A stretch of 49,030 nt of DNA, filler included, from Jimgerdemannia flammicorona (Eukaryota): assembly GCA_003990765.1 (NCBI GenBank). It is 2 parts of 2 records of this genome, joined end to end, with 100 filler letters (N's around TTAATTAATTAA, not from the genome) between each part and the next. Parts side by side here need not be neighbours in the genome. Positions count along the whole stretch, not along the records: positions 1 to 24,466 come from RBNJ01000970.1; 1 more part is not named here. One strand, given 5' to 3'. The notes beneath the pieces are model-generated. The model did not search any database, was not told where the DNA came from, and saw only the letters and a program-made list of their open reading frames with translations. Below are positions 14,319 through 24,566 of this stretch, one piece after another (position 1 is the stretch's first letter; each line of letters starts with the position of its first letter). The translations under genes were made by a program, and so were the position numbers.

Positions 14319-14650
14319 TGTAACATAGCAGATATATATCTTAGTAAGTTGGTAGAATTCTGGATTTTGTGTGAAGGGGGAAAGAGTATGTAAAGAAGAC
14401 TTGTTTTTTTTGGAATTGAACTAACTTTATTTACTCTAAAATACTGGGTTATTTATATAAGTTTGTATACTAATTTTGCTATTAAATATACAGCTAAGTA
14501 TCAAGTCTTTTCATGTAAAATTCCTAGTAGAATTACTTTCATATCTCAGGTAGAATCTCATGTAAAATCCTATTTAAAATTTATGAAAGTAATAAGAGTT
14601 TCACTAATAATGTTTTAGATATAGTATCTGCAGTAAAGGTAATTTCTACA
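14319..14650 (-). repeat. 5' LTR of the old gypsy element
   Basis: Ends in ..GTTACA next to the PBS. Contains TATATAAATAACCCAG..AGAGTAAATAAA (TATA plus polyA signal), the same core seen at 17480-17525 and 18070-18115. Confidence 0.7.
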
Positions 14651-15289
14651 CTATACTAAAACAGAAATCAGATTCTGATACTATGATCAAATGTCTATTC
14701 TCCTAATTCTTATTTTTATTTCATACTATATATTATAATAATTATCAATTAAACCTAGAAACAATTTGAAATCAATAAAGAAATACTAAGAAAGACAAAC
14801 TACTAGTTATATCAGAATATAAGAAGGAATGGGTGGTGGGATTGGTATATAAGCTTGGTCATGTGAGGGGAATAAATACCTATGATAAATATTAGAAATA
14901 AAAACAAGATTAGTAAAACCAGATACCAGAATCAGTAAATATAGAACTAGTACTATTTACCTGTATTAAAATAGACATAATTAGTCTACTACCCTTAATA
15001 TTGACTAGCAGCTGATGTGCTGTTGTTGTTGTGGGCTCCTTTATGGGATATATGTGGGTAAGACTCCTCAGGGGGGTTGATATATGGTTAATTGCTAATT
15101 TTTCCTATAGAGAAATTACTTATTGATTCAAGACCTCAAAGTGAGTAACAATAGAAAGAGGAACAAAATTTGTGAAGTGGGTACAGTGTATTATATAAAG
15201 AATAGATGGGTATATTAATAAAGAAAGAAGTCCAAGTGACTATAAAAAAAAAACAAAAAACAAAAAACAAAATTTATAAATAAGCTCTT

Positions 15290-16720
15290 TAAGATTCTAT
15301 TTAAAAAGTATAAGATCCAGTACATTCAAACTACAGCTTATTATTTATAAGGAAATGGATAGACTGAAAGGACCAATAAGATACTTAAGAATATTATTAC
15401 TGAGATCTAAAATATATAACTATAAAAATTGGAACAACTATCTGCTAATGGTATTATCTGCTCTCAGGAATATATAATCACAAAGCACCCATTTCACTTC
15501 TTGAGAATTGTGGTTTGGAGAAGAAAGTTCTGAAGAAACTTTATTATTCAATAGAGATATGGTATAAAAATACATAGATGCTAAGATATAGAGATTGTAT
15601 CAAATAAGAAGAAGGTTAAAGATTATATAATTAAGATATAGGTATTGTAAGAGAATAATGTTAAGAAGATCTATAAGTCTCTGGAGATTATTAAGATAGG
15701 AGACAAAGTTCTAATATATATATTAGAATATAGTAGAAGCTTCATAGTCATAAAAACTAGGGCCTAAGTAGAAAGAATATTATATTGTACAAAATATAAT
15801 AGAAATAATCTTTTGATAATAAAAACTATCAGTCAAATCATCCCATCACTATTTACTAAAACTGACTTAAGAAGTACTATAGCTAACTAATGAAGTATCA
15901 ATCTGACCCTTAAGATCACAAGTACTATCCAGTAAGCTATAAAAAGATAATAGTATTTCACTAAGCCACTAGTTATAGTGGAATTCTTTAATAATATTTA
16001 AAGTATTGTACAGACTCATCTATTACAAATTTCATACTTTAGAGCCTATCAATATTATGCTGAGTTTCAAAAGTACTTCAAGTTAAAGAAATTGCTAAAT
16101 GAGAAAGAAATGACTAAAGAAGAATAAATTGCATAGTACTAGATATCTTATATCCAGATCACTATAACTAAGTAGGTCTACAAATTATTCAAGAATAATG
16201 AGCAAGACCTAGCCCATTTCCAAGAAGTAGTCTCAAGAGATTTCTAATAGATAAAGAGATATTATTAGAAGAATAATTATATTGAATAAGAATATATAAT
16301 TAGTTAAAGTATGAGAGTTTGAATAGATAATTTAGAAATAAAATCACTTATGTAGAAAAAATTATAATAATTTATCTAAATTAGGAATAACAATTAGGAG
16401 ATAAATATTTAATTATAGTATCTAAGTCTAATTCTCAATATAGTATAGTATTATAGTTTAGCAGTTACTCAATCTCTCAATTATATGATTTATATAATTA
16501 TATAAAAAGTATAGATTAATAAATCTCTCAGCTTTACAGATTTAATAGATATACTGAACTCTTAACTATACAAAATAACTTACAGAAAAAGAAGTCTTGA
16601 CTTAGTTATCATATAGCTAGCAAACTTATATAAATATCTCTAGTATCTAAATAAATAAATATCAGATTGGAATAGTTCAAGCAAAGAGACAAGAGTAACT
16701 CTGTAGGTAGATATACTTTA
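15290..16720 (+). mobile_element. Very decayed Ty3/gypsy 3' remnant (integrase C-terminus, probable 3' LTR ~16415-16720)
   Basis: KYKIQYIQTTAYY..GNG*TERTNKILKNII..NWNNYL..LSALR..STHFT..ELWFG (~15305-15520) matches the gypsy integrase core end. The downstream repeat matches 5255-5449. Confidence 0.78.
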
Positions 16721-17311
16721 AACTTACTCACTCCTGCACCTGAGGACTCTAAGAAGTCAAAAAAGATCAAGTATTTAAAATAAAGAAATTCAACACACTT
16801 CTGTTAGTATATATCTACTATATTATAAAAAATATTTATAGTTACTACTTATTGATCTACTTGAGATAATTAAAATTTCTCTTTATATAATTTTATACTT
16901 CAACTACTAAGGCTTTAGTTCTTATTTTATATAAAGTAGCTAACTTTTTATAAAGATCTCTTAATTATTTTTATCTGATTTAATATTATAATAAATTGAT
17001 ATACTGATAGAATTAATATATTATAGATAATCAAGATGACTATCAGCTCTAAGTTCTATATTCTTATAAGAAAGTACTAAGGTTCAATTGTCTATTGCAG
17101 TAGAGTAGTCTAAGTATTACTTTTGAGTTCTTGTGCTAAGAGAGATACTATACTTATATTTAAAGTTCAGACTCAGAATCATTAATAAGTTAGATCTGAG
17201 GATTCTTGATATTAATATTGCTTTATTCTTATATTAGAAAAAGCAGAGCTGAGATTATAATATAATCATTATAGAGAATATTTTTATCAATTTGAATATA
17301 TGTATAACCAA

Positions 17312-17700
17312 TATAATATGGCAGATGCCTAATCTTAGAAGTATGGCAGATTTCTGTATCTTGAAAACTTGACTTGTTCTGACTCTTGCAGAGTTCTCAG
17401 GATACAGGGAAGTGAGTTTGAAGTGTATCTGCAGACTTACTAGTTCTTTTGCTTTTTCATTACTTTAAACTATTTTGATCTGAGGTTTATTTACTCTAAG
17501 ATACTGGATTATTTATATAAGTTTACTAGCTATAAGGTGGCTAAGTTATGACTATGTTATGAGTTACTTTTCATAAGTATTAATCCTTAATATCTGTTAA
17601 ATATTTGATGATTATCAAAACTTTAACATCTGTGAATTCTTTATATTTGGAAAATGTTTAATATTTATAAAAACTTTAATATTTGTAAAATAACTACTAT
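17312..17700 (-). repeat. Solo/relic LTR related to the gypsy LTRs
   Basis: Minus strand has TATATAAATAATCCAG..AGAGTAAATAAACCTCAG, matching TATAAATTACCCCAG..AGAGTGAATAAAACCTCAG at 18075-18112. It ends GCCATATTATA-TTGG, like GCATATTACA-TTTGG at 19312-19326. The upper boundary is uncertain. Confidence 0.65.
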
Positions 17701-17739
17701 TTATAAGACTATACTGTATTGGGAATTGGATTTAGATAC

Positions 17740-19321
17740 TGTAACAGACCAAAACGTACCACCTGAATTATAACTTAGCCAGATGACACGAACAATTAGC
17801 ATACTTACTCAGCATGATGTGACTTCCAGTATATCATAGTTACTCATGCCTGCCATACTTATAATTAGCCAAGACACCAGATCAGGATTGTTTACTTATA
17901 TCCTGTGGACATACTTATATCCTGCGAACACACTCATGTCCTGCAGACACACTTATGTCCTGCAGACACACTTATGTCCTGTGGACACACCTGTATCCAG
18001 AGGACACACCCAAATATTACCGAAGATAGCAAATCTATAGTTAGCCACATAGTAACCAGATAGCAACCAACTTGTATAAATTACCCCAGAGACGAGAGTG
18101 AATAAAACCTCAGTCCGAAAAGTCTGAAATTGAAGCAAAAGACAAGTCTGCCTACCAAACTTCGAGAGGAACTCTACAGCCACTGTTAGGAGATTGTGAG
18201 CTTATTTCCCCTTTCCACTCCAGTCTACTTTCTGATATAAAGAATGAGTTCATTTTTGGTTCACTTGCCAGATAAGCCTGAAGATTTGCCACCTAAGTTC
18301 AAGGAGAACTTCGCTGCCTTTGAGAATTCTTATTATTGGTTCACTTGCCAGATAATCCTGAAGAATCCCAGTTTTCTGCCAAGTTCAAGGAAGAACTTCA
18401 CCACATTCCCAGAGAAAGCCGCCTTGCCCAAGTCAGTTTCTGACACAACTTCGCAGAGATCTGTTCGCGCAAACAAAGCCAGTCTTTGACGCAACTTTGT
18501 CAAGAGACCCTTTCCAAGCTGTCATCCCATTTCCCAGTTAAAGACTGCCATTTTTGAGTTATCCACCATATTCCCAGTTGAAGCCAAGTCCGCACTATCT
18601 GAGTTAATTCCCAGTTAAGCTGCCGTTTTCAAGAAGTCCACTGATTCAGGAAGAATCTGTGTCATCTGCCATTTTCAAGTTATCCGCATTCCCAGTTGAA
18701 GCCGCTGATTCAAGAAGAATCTGTGCCATTGTATTCCCAGAAAAGCCACCAAATCAGGAAGAAACTCAAGTTATTGTTCCCAGAAAAGCCATCTGAGTTA
18801 TCCATTATTCCCAGTGAGCCTGTTATGGAAGAATCCACACCATACAATTCCCAGTGAGCCGAATCGAGTTATCTGCCAAATTATCAGAACATCTGCATAA
18901 GGAACCCATCACGCTATACAGAGATCGTCGCACTACACAAGATCATCACAAAGAAATTGCATAAGGAGAACCGCTAAATTGCCAGACTATCATGCATAAG
19001 GAGATTATCATACAATACAGAAATTACCCATTACTCAAGAAGGAAACCGCTCGTGCTATACACAAATTCTGCCATTCCCAGTTGACCCAGGAAGGAAATC
19101 TATTCACACAAATCACCGCTACACCCAGGGAACCATCCCAATTAGGAAATCAACATACAAATCACTCGCAGATATCCAGCTTTGACTATTATACCGCTAA
19201 ATACCAAGGACCTCAGGAATCTTAGAACATTTTGTTGCTTTTTGACAAAGTAACTGGGGGCTCAAGTCAAACTATCAACCCCCAACCTTGTAATTTGCCT
19301 CCATTGAGCCGGCATATTACA
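17740..19321 (+). repeat. 5' LTR (~1582 bp) of the young gypsy element
   Basis: Starts TGTAAC and ends ATTACA directly before the PBS. TATA (18075) and AATAAA (18101) are present. The 3' LTR is not in the window to confirm. Confidence 0.75.
17894..18007 (+). repeat. Tandem array, 6 x 19 bp (consensus ACTTATGTCCTGCAGACAC)
   Basis: Direct reading of six diverged units just upstream of the LTR TATA box. Confidence 0.9.
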
Positions 19322-19323
19322 TT

Positions 19324-19341
19324 TGGGGGCTCAACTGGGAA
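19324..19341 (+). promoter_or_regulatory. Primer binding site, tRNA-Pro type
   Basis: TGGGGGCTCAACTGGGAA versus canonical tRNA-Pro PBS TGGGGGCTCGTCCGGGAT. Two of the differences are CpG-decay type. Confidence 0.75.
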
Positions 19342-19355
19342 GATTTCAAAAATCA

Positions 19356-22300
19356 ATGTGACTTTTCAGCTCACAAGAACCCACAGTCAAACTGGATACA
19401 TTTGATACAACACCAACCTCTGCCACTACAGAAGAACTAGTCATCACTAGCATTTAGACAGGAAGAGAAGTAATCACCTCAAGACTTGCCAACTAACCAG
19501 CATCAGAAGGATCCCAACCAGAAGCAGGAGGCAGTATAGCCTGAAATCCTCAACCAGATCAACCAGATCAACCAGACAATACAGGCAGCCCTGCCGGAGA
19601 TTTTGGAGAACTTGCATAAGAACTAGAAGATTTTATTACCTGGACCCAACACTTTACAGCCAGACACCCCACACCAGTCCCACCAATCTCACCAATAGAG
19701 CTCCTACCACAACCTCTTGCAGAACCAGAAGTAGCTCCTACAAGGATACCTAGACCTACTCCACCCCGCCCAAGAACCAGAACACCATCTTCAAGATACC
19801 CAAGCACCCCTGTCTCTAGTGATAGTTCAGAAAGTGAATCAGAATCAGAATCAGAACTTGAACCGGAATCAGAAGAAAGTGACGACGAAATGGCCACCTC
19901 ATTGCCAACCTTTGCAGGATATCCAGAGGAGGACCCCAGAGAATTCCTTGATGGAATTGAAGAAATTGCAGTCTTGAGAAACCTCTCAGATGAAAGAAAA
20001 ATCACTATCTACAAAGCCCAGCTTAGAGAACCAGCTAGAGGAATTTTCCACCAAACAGCAAACAACTCAGATTTGGAACTGGCAAGACAGATAAAAGCAG
20101 CATTCTCTGATGAGCTAGAATATGAGGCCATGGTCCACTGGCTCATCGAAAAGTATGCAGGAAATGAAACCCGCCACAAGGCTCAGGAATCCATCATAGA
20201 AATGAAGATGAATCTTGGAGAATCACCCAGGGCCTTCTTCATAAGAATCTAGAAGAGAATGCATTCTGCCGGATTCAATGCCACCAACCAAGACATCATA
20301 GGTCCAATGACCTTCATGAATGGAATTCCTCCAAATATTGCCCAGCATGTCCACACTCTAGGCATCAGAAGGTCTGAAGAGCAAGTAGATGCAGCCCAAG
20401 GATTCTTTGATGTTAGGCAAGGAACTACCTGGAGTGATCATGACAAGAAGGAAGACAAGGAAGATATCCTGGTCAAAGCCCTGCAAGGACTCCTTCAAGG
20501 ACAAGAAGGATCCAAAGAAAGAAGGCCAGCTAAGGAAGAAAAGAAGGACAGAAGTGAAATTCAAGACCTCAGCTCTAAGTTAGATCAATTGGTTGGCCAG
20601 ATTGAAAAACTCACTACAAGCGAAAATCGGAGCTACCAAGACAACAAAGGATACCCACCACAGAGGAGCCAAGGTTATCCACCAAGAGATAATAGGAATT
20701 ACCAGCAAGAAGAAAGAAGATACCCTGCCTGAGACAGAGCCCAAGTCCAATGCTTCCACTGTGGACAATTTGGACACTATGCCACTGAATGTGACAACAA
20801 AAGAAGTGACTGAAGGGACTCAGAACCACCAAACTGAAGGAATGACACCCAGTACAAGAAGACTAAAGCCCATCCTGTTGAAGATTTCGAGGAAGCAAGC
20901 AACAGTGAAGACTACAGTGACCTAGACTTGTATCCTACCAAGGTTACTATCTGAAAGACAGTCTACCCAGCAGAAAAAAGAAAGAGACCTGTGGGAAGAC
21001 CATCCAGGAACATCAGCAGAAGAATCATGCAAGAAGAAGATGAAGAACATGAGGAGGAACAAGTTGAAACACCTCTCTGAACCCCCTCACCTTTTGCGCC
21101 CAAGACAAATGAGTTGCTATCAGAAGATGAAGAAATGGAACAAGAAGAATGGGAACCTGCTGCTCCAAAGTCTAAGAAGAAGTACACCCTGAAGACCATG
21201 CCTAGGGATATTTACAATGAAGCCTGGCAGAAGATTCTAGAAGCCAAGATGGAAGTCCCTCTCCTGCAGTTCTTGCAATTGATACCAGCTGGAGTCTGAA
21301 ACAAATTGCTGAGAACCACCAGGTCTAGCACTGGCCGAGTTCCAATTCTACAGCAAGAACCAGCCTCCATCCCTGTCCAAGCAGCTGAAAGACATGTCAG
21401 CACCTACTTACATGGAGACATTGGAGGACAAAAAGCAAAAATCCTCATAGATACAGGAGCAGCTATCTGTGTCATTGCCAAACGATTCTTGGACACCCTC
21501 CAATGGCCCATTGATGGACCATCCAACCTCAGCATCATAGTAGCAGATGGAGCCTGAACTCAACCCCTTGGAGAAGTACAAAATATCACTATCTCCCTCA
21601 GACACATTCTGTTCTCTATCTCCAAAGCTGTTGTCACTGAAGCTGTCACCTATGATATGATTCTTGATACCAACTGGATGAAGGAAATGAATGCAGTTGT
21701 TGATATTGACCAACAAGTACTCAAGTTTGACTACTGAGGCAAGAAGTATAGAGTTAAGGTGACCAGCTATGAGCAATCAAAAAAGAAGAAGAAGGTCACT
21801 ATTCAAGAAGAATATGCCAGCAGTGAGGAGTCTACTACAGAAGAGGAAGAAGAATCCGAAGATGGAAATGATCCCAGACTCAATCCTCGAATTAACCTGG
21901 TGGATGACAGACAAGAAGACAATGTGTGGGCTAAGAACACCATCCCCATCACCATTGGAGCCATTGCAGGAGAAGCCAAAGGATGCCTCACATGCCTCAA
22001 GAGACATAAGTGTCCCGAGCACTCCTCCAAGGTCATGGGAACAAGGAAATCGCCTGGTGCAGCCTGCCGAGAATGCAGAAGAAAGAAGAAGAAATGCAGA
22101 CATGTTCCAGAAACACCTGCGACCAAAGCTGCAGAAATACAAGCAATTTGGGGTCAAGAATCATCTGAGGAAGAAGAAACTTCTGACCAAGAAGTTCCTG
22201 AACAAGAAGCACCTGATGAAGAAGAAGTCCCTGAACTCATCTCCTGGGATGACCCTCACTGGATACCACCTGAAGACAATGACCCCTGGAATACAGAGGA

Positions 22301-23891
22301 AGGACCCAGTACCATCACCATTATCCCTAAGAAAGAAACCCACCAAGAGAAAGCTTTCCGGCTAGGAAGATGTTTACATCAAATGGTCTTCCACTCTTCC
22401 TGAGACTACTGCTATCAGTGTCATCTGTTGGATCAACAAGAAAGACAGAGACCCCAGAGACCAGAACCCCCAACTACTCTTGCACAGTCCACCACCTTTC
22501 AAGAGGTCACTACAAGGTTACAAAGTCGATTTAGGGGACAAGGCTTCTTTACCCGGACAGAAATATACCCCTTATCTACCCTTCCTCCAACCTATGACCA
22601 AGATGGGTACCAATTCCTCAGACAACAAGAGATAAATAGCCGGGAACTTCATTTCCGAGCAATGGGATATTGTAACCATGAGAGACACCCTGATTACCGA
22701 GACTGCAGACATCAAAAGATTCACCTCAGTCATGATGTTGTAGTGCACACTTTGAAGAAAGGAGATAACCAAAGCCAGATCTGAAAAAGTCAGATTCGAA
22801 AAAGCCAGACCAAGAAGCCCGGAAAAAGAATTCTCAAGATCTACGATTTGGGAGAAGATATCCTAGCTCTCATCAGACATATAACCCGCCAAGGATGGGC
22901 AGAAGATGCCACCAACTTCATGGAAGCCCTTGACCCTACAGGAAGGAGGGGAATCAATTACCTCTGAGACCCCTCTACTGGAGCCAGATGGCCACACCTC
23001 AACCTTAGAGCTTGGAGGCTTTCCACCAGTGGAGCTTCAGCCTTAGGAAAGCCTGAACTCAGCAAGGATATTGCCCAGTATGCCCTGCTGCACCCCAAGG
23101 CCAAACCCCCAACCAAAGCTCACCCAGAGGACGTAGGATATGATCTTCACAGCCTAGAGGATGAATCTATCAAGTCTGGAAAAACCTTCATAGTCAGAAC
23201 CGGATTAGCCATGCAGCCACCTCAATGAGCCTATATTCAACTGACCTCAAGGTCCAGTCTTGCCAGACAAGCAATAACTGTAGAAGGAGGAACCATTGAC
23301 CCTGGATATACAGGAGAAATCAAGGTTATTCTATACAACAGTAGTGCAGAATGGCACCGAATTATTAGAGGACAGAAGATCGCCCAAGCAGTCTTCATGA
23401 AGGTCAAGACCCCACAGTTACAGGAAGTCTCTGAACTAACTGAAGGAACAAGACAAGCCAAGGGATTTGGAAGTTCAGACAGAAAAGAGGTATATCTCCT
23501 TCAAGTCAACCACCTCAAGAGGAATGTTCCCCAGCAAGTATACTGGCAACCAGTCAGACTGCACAAGAATCTCATCCTGGAGCCTGGAGAACAAACTACT
23601 TTCGAAATCTTTGCACCACCCGACCCCAGAAACCTTTTCTTTGAACCTAAGGAAGATATCCCACACCTAGACATAGAGGGACACACATTCCCTAACAAGA
23701 TGAATCCAGTACACTCCTGAGCAACCAACCAAAGTTGGGAGACCATCATCCTGCCAAAAGGAACTATCATAGGACATCTGGTGCCTTTCCTCAACTGAAC
23801 TCATAGGGAAGTTTATGAACTAAACCTATTGGGAAATGGCAAAAGGTCCCAGAAGAAAGGAAAGGCCCCTCTGCGACCCAGGAGACAGTGA
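19356..23891 (+). pseudogene. ORF1: Gag - CCHC - aspartic protease - Cys/His insert - dUTPase - dUTPase-like spacer (nonsense-disrupted, no frameshifts)
   Basis: ATG 19356 and ORF pieces at 19890, 20259, 21114, 21306, 21759, 22428 and 23397 all lie in one frame. Motifs: knuckle CFHCGQFGHYATEC (20751-20792), ILIDTGAA protease (~21440-21465). Confidence 0.9.
23070..23480 (+). pseudogene. dUTPase domain of the young gypsy element
   Basis: All five trimeric dUTPase motifs: VGYDL, SRSSLA, GTIDPGYTG, KIAQ, RQAKGFGSS. One TGA at ~23226. Confidence 0.95.
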
Positions 23892-24466
23892 AGCCTTCCA
23901 CCAACATTGGAGAAGAATTGACACCTCAACAACAACAACAATTAGTAGAACTTCTCAACAAATATCAAGATATCTTCACTACCGATTATGGCAACCTGCC
24001 ATACAATCCATCATATCACCACAGCATAAATACAGGAAGTGTAACATCCATCTGGCAGAAACCCTATAGAATACCCCATCACTTGAAAACATTCGAAAAG
24101 GAGCACATCCAAGAACTCTTAGACAATGGAGTCATCCGACCCTCTACCATCCCCTGGGCCAGCCCTATACTTATTGTACCAAAGAAAGGAGGATGGAGAC
24201 TCTGTGTGGATTACAGAAAACTCAACTCAGTCACTGAAAAGGATACTTATCCTTTGCCCAGGATCGATGACCTTTTGGACCAGTTACAAGATGCCAGATA
24301 CTTCAGCAGTATGGACCTCTTTGCAGGATTCCATGAGATCTCCATGGACCCCAAAGACATTCAAAAGACAGCCTTTCTTGCTCTAGGAAAACTGTTTGAA
24401 TACCTCTGAATGCCCTTTGGACTCTGCAATGCACCCCCCACCTTCCAGAGGATGATGAATTCAGTC
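23831..24466 (+). pseudogene. Reverse transcriptase (pol, -1 frame relative to ORF1), truncated by the gap
   Basis: ORF 23888-24409 has the gypsy RT N-terminal motifs and continues past a TGA as MPFGLCNAPPTFQRMMNSV. Confidence 0.93.
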
Positions 24467-24566
24467 NNNNNNNNNNNNNNNNNNNNNNNNNNNNNNNNNN
24501 NNNNNNNNNNTTAATTAATTAANNNNNNNNNNNNNNNNNNNNNNNNNNNNNNNNNNNNNNNNNNNN
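24467..24566. other. Artificial contig-joining linker (44 N, TTAATTAATTAA, 44 N)
   Basis: Symmetric 100-nt spacer whose 12-mer has stops in all six frames. It is not biological. Confidence 0.95.

Larger units (their letters stand above)
7690..14650 (-). mobile_element. Decayed Ty3/gypsy LTR retrotransposon (gag-PR-dUTPase-RT-RNaseH-IN plus 3' extension)
   Basis: Minus strand: LTR end TTACA then TGGTGCC PBS (14309-14325); knuckle YFKCEEEGHYTNNC (~13398-13440); protease IIDTSAGGYLIS (~12765-12795); dUTPase (~11670-12085); RT YIDD (~10989-11000); RNase H TDTS..LECLAVVWAV..TDH (~10430-10665); integrase ~9150-10100. The upper LTR boundary is approximate and no 3' LTR is found. Confidence 0.92.
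17740..24466 (+). mobile_element. Young Ty3/gypsy LTR retrotransposon with dUTPase, cut by the assembly gap inside RT
   Basis: TGTAA..TTACA-bounded LTR, PBS, then gag, CCHC knuckle, DTGA protease, dUTPase and gypsy RT (PWASPILIVPKK..RLCVDYRKLN..YPLPRIDD..MDLFAGFHEI..MPFGLCNAPPTFQRMMN). Confidence 0.96.

Noticed and set aside
14700..15290. Possible further LTR or TE fragments (TATA/AATAAA near 14845-14878, A-rich tract 15244-15272)
   Set aside because: Too decayed, with no second copy in the window to define it.
17894..18007. Short regular repeats as a CRISPR array
   Set aside because: The units are contiguous with no unique spacers, no cas genes are present, and the context is a eukaryotic LTR.
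24511..24522. TTAATTAATTAA palindrome inside the N run
   Set aside because: It is an artificial all-frame-stop linker. It also means adjacency of the two halves cannot be assumed.
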